DNA of 64,000 nt from positions 32,001-96,000 of the IMG/VR virus record IMGVR_UViG_3300045988_106519. One strand, written 5' to 3'. Shown one piece after another: positions 1 through 7,594 of this stretch; the first letter of the stretch is position 1; the number at the start of each line of letters is the position of its first letter. Position numbers and translations under genes: made by a program. The stretch is from a virus. The notes beneath the pieces are model-generated. The model saw only the letters and a list, made by a program, of their open reading frames with translations. It was not told the DNA's origin and made no database searches.

Positions 1-35
1 TATTGGGCTTGAACCAATGACACCAGGCTTAGTAT
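1..35 (-). tRNA. 3' half of a split tRNA, truncated by the window edge
   Basis: Minus strand 35->1 reads ATACTAA (loop), GCCTG (stem strand), GTGTC (variable loop), ATTGG/TTCAAGC/CCAAT (T arm), then A. GCCTG pairs with CAGGT of the 5' half at 806-810. Confidence 0.5.
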
Positions 36-37
36 AG

Positions 38-111
38 TGGTTGATATGGGACTCAAACCCATACTCTTCCCTTTAGGAGAGGGATGCTTTATTCAATTAA
101 GCTAATCAACC
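38..111 (-). tRNA. tRNA-Arg, anticodon CCU
   Basis: Hand-folded cloverleaf: acceptor GGTTGAT/ATCAACC, D stem GCTT/AAGC, anticodon stem TCCCT/AGGGA with loop CTCCTAA, T stem ATGGG/CCCAT. Atypical features: the D loop lacks GG and the T loop is TTTGAGT. Confidence 0.75.
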
Positions 112-710
112 ATTTTTGCTTTGCCATAATAAGCACTTTTTCCTCTTGGTGCATTTTTATTTCTAGAACCAAAGTTTTTTGTTAATGAATGACAGTTAGG
201 ACATAATACTTGCAAGTTACTTTCTATATTATTTTTAGAATCCCCATCTATGTGGTGAATCTGCAATGGAATTTTATTTGTATATGGATTCACTTCACCC
301 CAACCACATTTTTCACATTTGTAATTATGTTTTTGAAGCAAGTAATTCCTAACGAATGTACTGCAACTATAACCATTTGTTCCATCTATATGTCCTTCTT
401 TCCATTCTTTAATACGTTGTTCTTTTTTATATTTTACTGCACATTCCTCACTACAAAATAATCCTGTGGAACCAGGATATTTAGCAAAAACTTTCCCACA
501 ATATTTACAAATTCTCGTACTTATTTTTCCTTTATTAAATGTCTCTGATGGATTTATTGTTCTTCTTTTAGGCAGATTTATACCAAGTCTTTGAGCAGCT
601 TTTCTGACTGCATGACCTGAGACATTATACATCTTTCCAATTTCATCATAACTTTTTTGTTCTTTATATATTAAATTGAACAAATTATCCTTTTCTGTTT
701 TCCAATCCAT
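102..710 (-). CDS. HNH homing-type endonuclease with an N-terminal HTH-like region
   Basis: C-terminal motif CEKCGW...LQIHHIDGDSKNNIESNLQVLCPNCHS, plus CxxC pairs. The TAG stop overlaps the tRNA-Arg 5' end by 10 nt. Confidence 0.9.
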   Translation of the reverse strand: MDWKTEKDNLFNLIYKEQKSYDEIGKMYNVSGHAVRKAAQRLGINLPKRRTINPSETFNKGKISTRICKYCGKVFAKYPGSTGLFCSEECAVKYKKEQRIKEWKEGHIDGTNGYSCSTFVRNYLLQKHNYKCEKCGWGEVNPYTNKIPLQIHHIDGDSKNNIESNLQVLCPNCHSLTKNFGSRNKNAPRGKSAYYGKAKMVD

Positions 711-798
711 TTGAACTTATATTTTATATCTACAAAGATACTTAATACTAAGTTCAATTATTCTTATATAACAAAAGGTCTTATTTATTATAATATTA

Positions 799-837
799 TT
801 ACTAAACCTGTGCTCTATCCAACTGAGCTAAGGGAGC
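799..837 (-). tRNA. 5' half of a split, Thr-like tRNA
   Basis: Minus strand 837->799 reads GCTCCCT TA GCTC AGTTGGATA GAGC A CAGGT TTAGTAA. No matching 3' stem, T arm or acceptor strand occurs in the next 90 nt. Confidence 0.55.
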
Positions 838-872
838 ATAAAAACTTCTACTGTTCTCACGAATGGTAGAAG
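838..872 (-). terminator. rho-independent terminator
   Basis: Minus strand has stem CTTCTAC/GTAGAAG followed by TTTTTAT. Confidence 0.6.
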
Positions 873-1307
873 TAAACTAAAAACATTTTCAACCTAACAT
901 TTTAATTATAATTCAATCTACAAAGAACTATTGCAAAGTTATACTGTAAAATAGATAATGCAAAACATATAACCATGAGACTAAGAACGTCTTAATGGAA
1001 ATATGAGGTTTGCTTAGGCTTGACCTTTTCAATAACGAAGAAGGTGGCCTTGCGTTGAATGATGTGCCTAAAACCAAGTTTAAAGCACTGAAACCAACTT
1101 CGGGTGCACATCATGCCATACTCATGAATGTATGGGAGAAGAGAGATGTAATGAAGTTTGTAGAAAGTGATATATCTTTTAGTTCTTGGTATTGCTGTAG
1201 TATTTTGAGAAGTCCTCGAACTTTACTGTATGGGTAGAAGGGTTGTAGATACAACGTGCTATAAGCTGGGTGTTTGATTTAGATACATTGAACATAATAT
1301 ATTAGTT

Positions 1308-1550
1308 TTAATGGTGAAACAATGTTATAAGAATATCATCAAGGGTGCTGAGAAGTCTACGTCTGTAGAATAACTCCATTTTGTTTGGACTATCTTTGTT
1401 GCTATGATAGTCAAGTCTTGCAGTATCAATCTTAGATAGACTATCCATAAAGAATCTATTCTTATACTTGAGGTGATTACACTTTGTATTGAGATAGATT
1501 GCTATGGATAATAGCAAGATGATTAGGAATATTGTTAATAATATAAGCAT
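1308..1550 (-). CDS. small hydrophobic protein (trimmed from ORF 1308..1736 to internal Met MLILLTIF)
   Basis: The upstream part of the long ORF overlaps the better lipoprotein ORF. The trimmed start lies 14 nt after that ORF's stop. Confidence 0.35.
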   Translation of the reverse strand: MLILLTIFLIILLLSIAIYLNTKCNHLKYKNRFFMDSLSKIDTARLDYHSNKDSPNKMELFYRRRLLSTLDDILITLFHH

Positions 1551-1563
1551 AATTATTGTTGTT

Positions 1564-1779
1564 TTAATGTTGTTTCTTTTTATAGCATGAACAATCAGGG
1601 TTATGAACAACTGCAATACCTCTATCTTCATACCATATATAGTAAACATGACCACGGTATTGAAGTTGCTTATCTGGGTAATCCCATCCATTACCTTCAT
1701 ATAATGGATCTGTCTGAGTTTTGGGGTCACATGCACAAAGTGCTATAAGTGCAAGAATGATTAGAATATACTTCTTCAC
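1564..1779 (-). CDS. small putative lipoprotein
   Basis: N-terminus MKKYILIILALIALCAC looks like a signal peptide with a lipobox Cys. Confidence 0.6.
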   Translation of the reverse strand: MKKYILIILALIALCACDPKTQTDPLYEGNGWDYPDKQLQYRGHVYYIWYEDRGIAVVHNPDCSCYKKKQH

Positions 1780-1807
1780 AGTTTTATCTTTCCATTGTTA
1801 ATATCAA

Positions 1808-2137
1808 TCAATTATTAATATCAATCATTAGTCTAAGAAGAGTAGCACTTACAGTAGTTGCAAGGCTACCCTTCAAGAAGAAACCTCCAAGGTCTTCATT
1901 CCATAGTACCTTGAAAGTAACTTTATCAAGCACAATAGTGTCACCCTCATAGACCTCCTTTCCACTCTTATCTTTAAATCCAGTATATTGTCCAACAGTT
2001 AAAGGGTCAACTTCTACTCTATTACAAATAGAGTCTTTATACCATTCAATATATGTACCAAATGGAGTTTTGACAAGAGAACCGTACGCCCATTGGTTAT
2101 TGTCTTTGCGTTTACCACAAAATTTGAATGTTCTCAT
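1808..2137 (-). CDS. YopX-family phage protein
   Basis: KF..K......W.YGSL ... VDPLTVGQYTGFKDKSGKEVYEGDTIV matches the YopX signature. Confidence 0.75.
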   Translation of the reverse strand: MRTFKFCGKRKDNNQWAYGSLVKTPFGTYIEWYKDSICNRVEVDPLTVGQYTGFKDKSGKEVYEGDTIVLDKVTFKVLWNEDLGGFFLKGSLATTVSATLLRLMIDINN

Positions 2138-2140
2138 TAC

Positions 2141-2350
2141 TTATTCCTCCTTAAGTTCTACAGGTTTATCAGTCCAGCTAAGCTCTCGTCCGATGAGCTT
2201 CTTTATGCTGCCATTAGGAAGTTGGAAACCATAGGCTCCGTTTCTATCTTGTGGTAACCAATAGTTGTGCTCGTCATAATCACCAGCCCACATATCTGGC
2301 TTACAGTTGAATATCCATTCGCCAATATAATCTTTTGCTACCCATGCCAT
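2141..2350 (-). CDS. hypothetical protein
   Basis: ORF track; co-oriented with neighbours; 3-nt spacing. Confidence 0.6.
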   Translation of the reverse strand: MAWVAKDYIGEWIFNCKPDMWAGDYDEHNYWLPQDRNGAYGFQLPNGSIKKLIGRELSWTDKPVELKEE

Positions 2351-2352
2351 TA

Positions 2353-2721
2353 TTATTCCTCCTTTATGCCGAATGGTGTACCATCAGCAAATGTATAATC
2401 TTCAAAATCTAATTCAAAATTACAATTACCATCGATATTGCAATATGTGGTATACTTGTTTTCCTCTTTATACTTTACCCACCCAAACGGCTTATGCTTC
2501 TGCATTTCCTGCCAACACTCTTCTGTATCCTTAAAGGGACGGTATTGAGATTCTGGTTTAATGCGATATCTTGAAGAGTGATAATTAAATTTAACATCTT
2601 TGTCACATTGAATATCTCTCCACCATTCTTCTGTTTCAGTTAAACTTAAAAATTGTATCGTTTTACCTTCTGCAAATGCCTGTATAATAGGCAGCAGTTC
2701 TTTCGCTTGTTGTCTGTTCAT
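2353..2721 (-). CDS. hypothetical protein
   Basis: ORF track; tight operon spacing. Confidence 0.6.
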   Translation of the reverse strand: MNRQQAKELLPIIQAFAEGKTIQFLSLTETEEWWRDIQCDKDVKFNYHSSRYRIKPESQYRPFKDTEECWQEMQKHKPFGWVKYKEENKYTTYCNIDGNCNFELDFEDYTFADGTPFGIKEE

Positions 2722-2727
2722 AATTAT

Positions 2728-3078
2728 TTACAGTTTAGTTGGTCGTCCGTGAGTATAAACATCATGCTTGGCACGAGTGCCGTCTTTTTCTTCCCTATAG
2801 AAGAAGAATGTCAAACCTAATGTTGCTCGCATATACTTTTCTGATGGTGTATGTGGAACTATTCTTGAAAGCCAGCCTACGTTTCCATCTTCATCTATAA
2901 CCTTATCTCCGATTTTAAAAGGCAGGGCTTTAATATAGTCCTCTTGAAGTTGTTTCATATCTTGAAGCAATTCCTCACGCCTTATATTTAACCTTACCTT
3001 TCTATCTATAAAAGGCTTCATTGTTTCTAACCGTTTTAGCCATTTATCTATTTGCTTGTCTAATTCTTCTTTTGTCAT
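2728..3078 (-). CDS. hypothetical protein
   Basis: ORF track; tight operon spacing. Confidence 0.6.
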   Translation of the reverse strand: MTKEELDKQIDKWLKRLETMKPFIDRKVRLNIRREELLQDMKQLQEDYIKALPFKIGDKVIDEDGNVGWLSRIVPHTPSEKYMRATLGLTFFFYREEKDGTRAKHDVYTHGRPTKL

Positions 3079-3081
3079 AAG

Positions 3082-3321
3082 TTATTCCTCCAATAAATTA
3101 AAATCAGCAACATTATGATAGAAATCTCCGTCACCATAAATGTTACATGAATAGCTCTTGCCTTCCACACAAACCTCGAAGTAGTTGTTGTCATCATATG
3201 TGATTTCAACATCATCTGGCAGAATATTCTCCTTGAACCATTCTGTGCTATCTATGTTATCCATTGGCTCTGAAGTGCTAAAGGGCACACATTCACAATT
3301 CTTAATATCTTCTATACTCAT
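3082..3321 (-). CDS. hypothetical acidic protein
   Basis: ORF track; 4-nt overlap with the upstream gene. Confidence 0.6.
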   Translation of the reverse strand: MSIEDIKNCECVPFSTSEPMDNIDSTEWFKENILPDDVEITYDDNNYFEVCVEGKSYSCNIYGDGDFYHNVADFNLLEE

Positions 3322-3749
3322 TGTTTGTCCTCCAAAAAATAAATATAAAGGTTATACTTCTCTTTTACTTTCTTGAACTTGTCCAAGAGAAAGGAGTTTT
3401 GCAAGATTGCATCTATTACTTTCTGTACAGTTCCATATTCAACTAATACGATAGTCTTACTACCTGGGCGTTCATCATCTGGAGAGTAAGGAACACCGTA
3501 ACATGTGTAGGGAACTCCGTCTGACAAGTAACGTAGAAAGGTTCCAGTGTTCTCATCTAAAACCTCATCGGTTATGATTCTGTCAATCTCTTGAAAATCC
3601 TTATACTCTTTTCGTGTAAGATTAAATTTGATTCCCAAAGGATAATGCCCAACACAGCCATCAGTACCGAAGTATATTATGCGGTTTGGCTGCTTATTAT
3701 GTTCTACTGGTCGCTTAAGACCAATGTATGAAATATCAGATGTTGACAT
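3318..3749 (-). CDS. hypothetical protein, paralog of 5533..5871
   Basis: Shared blocks IIYFGTDGC.GH.P.GI and YGVP.S.DD.R.GS. Confidence 0.65.
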   Translation of the reverse strand: MSTSDISYIGLKRPVEHNKQPNRIIYFGTDGCVGHYPLGIKFNLTRKEYKDFQEIDRIITDEVLDENTGTFLRYLSDGVPYTCYGVPYSPDDERPGSKTIVLVEYGTVQKVIDAILQNSFLLDKFKKVKEKYNLYIYFLEDKQ

Positions 3750-3751
3750 AG

Positions 3752-3928
3752 TTACAAATTTTCGATTTTTTCTATAAGTTGTTTACGTGAAAGTCCACTA
3801 TAGTAATATTCACCATGTACTGTTAGGACGGAACTATTTCCACCGCACCAATCATGGATCTCCTTGATGTCTGATACTGGAATATTAACAGTATCACGTG
3901 TATCAGAAATTACTTCTATAAACTTCAT
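3752..3928 (-). CDS. small hypothetical protein (58 aa, below the ORF-track cutoff)
   Basis: Hand translation MKFIEVISDTRDTV...KQLIEKIENL. ATGA overlap with the upstream ORF. Confidence 0.45.
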   Translation of the reverse strand: MKFIEVISDTRDTVNIPVSDIKEIHDWCGGNSSVLTVHGEYYYSGLSRKQLIEKIENL

Positions 3929-4083
3929 TGTTCTTCTTCCTTTCTTGGTTTTAAATTTTCACAACGGCATGTTGCTTCTCCGAAATTGATATTGGCAGGA
4001 AAAAAGTGATAATAACTACAATATCCACCATATAGGTCCGCATAAGGACAGCACGGACAATCCCCTTGTATTATATTCTCCAT
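3925..4083 (-). CDS. small Cys-rich protein (52 aa)
   Basis: Hand translation MENIIQGDCPCCPYADLYGGYCSYY...CRCENLK. Fills the gap between flanking genes. Confidence 0.45.
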   Translation of the reverse strand: MENIIQGDCPCCPYADLYGGYCSYYHFFPANINFGEATCRCENLKPRKEEEQ

Positions 4084-4088
4084 GTTTG

Positions 4089-4298
4089 TTAGACCTCCAA
4101 TTCTTTAAGATAAACATATACATCTGTAAATGTAAAGTTTGTCAGTTTTTTATATCTATTTACTACCTTTTCTACAAGATACCATTTGTTTTCAATGATA
4201 ACTTCCTCACCTATACAAGGAATATTATTGTAAGGGCATGTTTCATATTGCAATATGGAATTTTCCTCATCCTCTTTTTTATAAAAAAATACATTCAT
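4089..4298 (-). CDS. hypothetical protein
   Basis: ORF track. Preferred over the antisense plus-strand ORF 4086..4361 on strand context. Confidence 0.55.
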   Translation of the reverse strand: MNVFFYKKEDEENSILQYETCPYNNIPCIGEEVIIENKWYLVEKVVNRYKKLTNFTFTDVYVYLKELEV

Positions 4299-4459
4299 AA
4301 CAATCCCTTCAATTTTAAAGTCATTTCCTCAACCAAGTTTTCTACTTCTCCCCAATCGTGAGGGTCAAATCCTTCATTAAATAAAGCACTATCAGCTATT
4401 TTTTTATTTGATTTAAGAAGATTAAGAAATCTTCCTTGTCTATTTCTACTTTACTCATT
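4295..4459 (-). CDS. small hypothetical protein (54 aa)
   Basis: Hand translation MSKVEIDKEDFLIFLNQ...MTLKLKGLL. Overlapping stop/start at both ends. Confidence 0.45.
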
Positions 4460-4712
4460 ATTTGTCCTCCTTTATCCATCCTTTTTCTAAACAATAATCA
4501 TAAGCATTTTGTATTGCCTCAATAGGAGTATTTTCTTCTTCAACGGGGATAAAATAATTCTCACCATCTGACCAATACAGCTGCCACTTATTACCAACAC
4601 GACTTAAAATTGGCACGTAATCTCCTTTGTCACTCACTTGAGTTGTATCATTATCAGGGTCGATGTCAAAATATGGTATCGACATAAGCATTTTGTCAAT
4701 TATATTCTCCAT
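4458..4712 (-). CDS. hypothetical protein, weakly similar to 11105..11338
   Basis: ORF track. Shared pattern YVP.LS...W......NTP.EAI..AY..C. Confidence 0.55.
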   Translation of the reverse strand: MENIIDKMLMSIPYFDIDPDNDTTQVSDKGDYVPILSRVGNKWQLYWSDGENYFIPVEEENTPIEAIQNAYDYCLEKGWIKEDK

Positions 4713-4723
4713 ATTTGTCAGTC

Positions 4724-5065
4724 TTACAATTCTTTAATTAGTAACTTACTTCTTTTGGAAAATGGTTTATAACCATTTTTTAGATACCAAGCTAAAACAA
4801 AACTTTCAGATTCTTCTTTGTCAAATTCTATTCCAATTACTTGAACTCCATTTGAATTAGCTTGTTGTTCAGCAATTTGCAACAGTCGTTTTGCAACTCC
4901 TTTTCTTCTATACCCACTGTCTACATAGAGTGCATATATAAGTGCATCTGCTTTACCAGAAATTTTACTATTATAGCATGGAATAGATACTTGCACAGAA
5001 CCATAATTTTGTTCATCAGTAATTAAAATTCTTATTTCATCTTTCCATTTTTGATACTGTATCAT
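4724..5065 (-). CDS. GNAT-family N-acetyltransferase
   Basis: LYVDSGYRRKGVAKRLLQIAEQQA matches GNAT acetyl-CoA-binding motif A (R-x-x-G-x-A). Confidence 0.75.
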   Translation of the reverse strand: MIQYQKWKDEIRILITDEQNYGSVQVSIPCYNSKISGKADALIYALYVDSGYRRKGVAKRLLQIAEQQANSNGVQVIGIEFDKEESESFVLAWYLKNGYKPFSKRSKLLIKEL

Positions 5066-5072
5066 TTTCTAA

Positions 5073-5402
5073 CTAGCTAAATTGATTTTTATAAAAGTCT
5101 GGAACTTTATTGACTTCCCACCAAGAACTACATTCGTCTTCACAAGATACTATCCATACTGGTTCTTTAGTATCTTTATCTTGACAATATACTGTACCTT
5201 GAACTTCTTCTTGCATGAAGATAGAATCTACTTCAAAGTCTAAGTCTTCTAGAGTAGTATAGACTTTACAAGACTTGTTTCTTTCTTCCCTATAAAGTCT
5301 GGCAAAAAATTCTTCATCATTATACAAGTCTATTTTAAGTATTTCTAGATTATTTTCTTCGACAATTTCTAGAATTGACTTTTTGACATTTATTTTACAC
5401 AT
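5073..5402 (-). CDS. hypothetical protein
   Basis: ORF track. Confidence 0.6.
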   Translation of the reverse strand: MCKINVKKSILEIVEENNLEILKIDLYNDEEFFARLYREERNKSCKVYTTLEDLDFEVDSIFMQEEVQGTVYCQDKDTKEPVWIVSCEDECSSWWEVNKVPDFYKNQFS

Positions 5403-5536
5403 TATTTATCCTTCAATTCTTTAAGTGCTCCTTCCAAGTAATCAACAATCATTTTTTCTTCAAATTTTGAATAATAGTTACCATTCATATAATGAATAGT
5501 CTTTTCAATAGCTGATTTTATTTTTTCTTTATTCAT
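5402..5536 (-). CDS. small hypothetical protein (44 aa)
   Basis: Hand translation MNKEKIKSAIEKTIHYMNG...LKELKDK. TAATG and ATGA overlaps with neighbours. Confidence 0.4.
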   Translation of the reverse strand: MNKEKIKSAIEKTIHYMNGNYYSKFEEKMIVDYLEGALKELKDK

Positions 5537-5871
5537 TGATTATCTTGCTTTAAATTAAACTGTTTTGATAAAAATGAATTATTCTTTATCAAATTGACAA
5601 TTTTTTCTTCTGTATGAATGCCCTTCCAAAACAATTCGGTATGACTACCACCTCTATCATCATCTACAGAGAACGGAACACCATAATTTGTATAAATCTC
5701 TCCATGATGTTTGATAACGTGACGACCTGGATTATTTTGGATATTACTTATCAAAACTTCATTATCACATTCACACCATATCTCATATTCTGCATTTGTT
5801 AGAGTTTTATCAATTCCAATAGGGAAATGCCCAGAACACCCATCTGTTCCAAAGTAAATAATTTCTGCCAT
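5533..5871 (-). CDS. hypothetical protein, paralog of 3318..3749
   Basis: Shared motifs, see 3318..3749. Confidence 0.65.
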   Translation of the reverse strand: MAEIIYFGTDGCSGHFPIGIDKTLTNAEYEIWCECDNEVLISNIQNNPGRHVIKHHGEIYTNYGVPFSVDDDRGGSHTELFWKGIHTEEKIVNLIKNNSFLSKQFNLKQDNQ

Positions 5872-5901
5872 ATTCTCTTTTTTACCCTCTCTCTGGTATA
5901 G

Positions 5902-6042
5902 TTATTTTCTTTTACGTTTTTTATTTTGCAGATACTGTCCGTATTCTTTTGGTGAGCTTGTAAATATTGGGCCGTAAGTTATAAATGTAGGCTTGTTGTA
6001 GTAAAGTCTGCATATGGGATCTATTTGTTCTATATTATTCAT
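5902..6042 (-). CDS. small basic protein (46 aa)
   Basis: Hand translation MNNIEQIDPICRLYYNKPTF...NKKRKRK. Confidence 0.35.
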   Translation of the reverse strand: MNNIEQIDPICRLYYNKPTFITYGPIFTSSPKEYGQYLQNKKRKRK

Positions 6043-6058
6043 GTTTTGCTATTTTTAC

Positions 6059-6202
6059 TCAGTCTGACTTTTGGAGTTCTTTCAAAGCTTCTTCCAAACA
6101 ACAAATGCAATTATTCAAATATGTCTGTCTGTTTTCATATTTGCGTAAAATTGCTAAATGTTTTGCTTTTTGTATCAGCTCTTTAACTTTTTTCTTATCC
6201 AT
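6059..6202 (-). CDS. small hypothetical protein (47 aa)
   Basis: Hand translation MDKKKVKELIQKAKHLAILRKYENRQ...LKELQKSD. Confidence 0.4.
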   Translation of the reverse strand: MDKKKVKELIQKAKHLAILRKYENRQTYLNNCICCLEEALKELQKSD

Positions 6203-6206
6203 AGTT

Positions 6207-6353
6207 CTAAATTGGTTCTTGTTTAATAACTTCGTCAAGCCTTGCCTCCATCTGCTGAATGATATTGTCTATTGTCTTGCCTTGATAATCAATAGTTACT
6301 TCTTTGAGGATAGCTAACTGTGATGTAAGTCTGAATCTGTTTGGTACTATCAT
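6207..6353 (-). CDS. small hypothetical protein (48 aa)
   Basis: Hand translation MIVPNRFRLTSQLAILKEVTIDYQGK... Starts 2 nt after the upstream stop. Confidence 0.4.
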   Translation of the reverse strand: MIVPNRFRLTSQLAILKEVTIDYQGKTIDNIIQQMEARLDEVIKQEPI

Positions 6354-6355
6354 AA

Positions 6356-6784
6356 TCACGTATGTTTAATTAAATAATCCTTGGCTCTCAATGCAACTCC
6401 CTTGATAGCAGTCTTCTTGTGAGTTACATTGCCAGTTGTTAAGTCATCTGCCATTTCCTCGATGGTGGTGAATTTAGCAATTAACTTATTGCGTAACTTT
6501 TGTTCTATTAACAAACGTTCTTTATTATCCACTCTATTACTTACCCATGCCGGAAATCCACCAATATTTCCAGTATACTCTGCATCTAAAACATAGAAAG
6601 GCACACCGAGATTATTGTGACTTGGTTCATATACCATAACTGATACATAAGAGTTGTTAAGAGGATTTGCTATATACATAACAGAGTCGTCTGGCATATT
6701 CCAGGTAATATCTCTAAATTTTCCAAGATTCATATAATTCCACGCCATATTCTTCCTTCTTTTTACTCTTCTCCCTGTTGCCAA
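6356..6784 (-). CDS. hypothetical protein
   Basis: ORF track. Confidence 0.6.
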   Translation of the reverse strand: MATGRRVKRRKNMAWNYMNLGKFRDITWNMPDDSVMYIANPLNNSYVSVMVYEPSHNNLGVPFYVLDAEYTGNIGGFPAWVSNRVDNKERLLIEQKLRNKLIAKFTTIEEMADDLTTGNVTHKKTAIKGVALRAKDYLIKHT

Positions 6785-6798
6785 GAAGAGGATGGTTA

Positions 6799-6933
6799 TT
6801 ATTCTACAATAAATCCATTTTCAGAGCAAGTGTCAATAGCTTTAATTGCTATCCAAATTGCTTGTTTCTGTTCATCGTCTGTAAGATTGCTTCTAATCTC
6901 ACACAACTTTCTTTTTGCTTCTGTTGCTTTCAT
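6799..6933 (-). CDS. small hypothetical protein (44 aa)
   Basis: Hand translation MKATEAKRKLCEIRSNLTDDEQKQAIWIAIKAIDTCSENGFIVE. Confidence 0.4.
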   Translation of the reverse strand: MKATEAKRKLCEIRSNLTDDEQKQAIWIAIKAIDTCSENGFIVE

Positions 6934-6945
6934 AAGTTATTGTAT

Positions 6946-7188
6946 TTAAAGTTCAAACTCTCTGACTACTTTTGGTAACTTGTTATAACCTTTTTCAAGA
7001 TGGTGCTGCTTGCAAGCTTCGATAGCTTCATCTTCTGTAGTGTAATACTGCTTACAACAAGACATACTTAAATCGTCGTTTTCTATTTCTGTCCATATAG
7101 GCTGTATGTAATATGCACCTTCACTATTTGTTTCTTTACAAACTAAGGCACGATAGCCTTTTTCACTTTTTATGATTCTGTATTTCAT
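6946..7188 (-). CDS. hypothetical protein
   Basis: ORF track. Confidence 0.6.
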   Translation of the reverse strand: MKYRIIKSEKGYRALVCKETNSEGAYYIQPIWTEIENDDLSMSCCKQYYTTEDEAIEACKQHHLEKGYNKLPKVVREFEL

Positions 7189-7583
7189 TTTTTGATTAGT
7201 GTATTATTAGTGTTACTCAATGTCCATTCCATATCAATTCCTCCATATCCACCATATCCACTCTTTTCTAGAGCTTCAATAACATTAGAAGCATTACAAC
7301 AATACTCCCCATTATCGTTTTTCCATTCTTCTAATGTCATAGGAATTGTTTCATGGAGATAAAGATTAGCTAAACCTTCATCATTAAAAGCAAATACATT
7401 AGGATATATCTCTGATACTTTACAACCCCAAAGTCCACCATCACGCCAATAATAAGCCGATAAAAATCCTTCTTTGTCCACATGAGGATGAGAGTTCAGT
7501 CTCATACCATTAACAAAACACGGCATACCTTTATAATATGGGATGTTTCGTTTATAGGTTATTTTTCTATCTTTTTGTGTCAT
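7185..7583 (-). CDS. hypothetical protein
   Basis: ORF track; 4-nt overlap with the downstream gene. Confidence 0.6.
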   Translation of the reverse strand: MTQKDRKITYKRNIPYYKGMPCFVNGMRLNSHPHVDKEGFLSAYYWRDGGLWGCKVSEIYPNVFAFNDEGLANLYLHETIPMTLEEWKNDNGEYCCNASNVIEALEKSGYGGYGGIDMEWTLSNTNNTLIKK

Positions 7584-7594
7584 ATTCTATCTAT

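Larger units (their letters stand above)
36..798 (-). mobile_element. 763-bp insertion separating the two tRNA halves. It carries the HNH endonuclease ORF and tRNA-Arg(CCU).
   Basis: Bounded by complementary tRNA halves, each of which keeps a 7-nt loop (TTAGTAA and ATACTAA). The content is a typical homing-endonuclease cassette. Confidence 0.45.

Noticed and set aside
775-810. Group I intron interpretation of the tRNA insertion. The exon bases AGGTT (809->805) can pair with GACCT (779->775), ending in a U-G pair as in a P1 helix.
   Set aside because: No G precedes the 3' half. The 21 nt upstream of the resumed anticodon stem strand GCCTG (CCCATATCAACCACTATACTAA) contain no G, so a terminal omega-G is missing. 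The 763 nt are almost fully occupied by the HNH ORF and a complete tRNA-Arg, which leaves no room for a P3-P9 core. The pairing is plausible by chance in AT-rich DNA.
1010-1237. Plus-strand 75-aa ORF in the ORF-poor segment.
   Set aside because: It needs a TTG start, lies antisense to the whole block, and has no promoter box or partner genes. I treat the region as non-coding or decayed.
1308-1736. Full-length 142-aa version of the minus-strand ORF.
   Set aside because: Its first 60 codons overlap the better-supported lipoprotein ORF 1564..1779 in another frame. I trimmed it to the internal Met at 1550.
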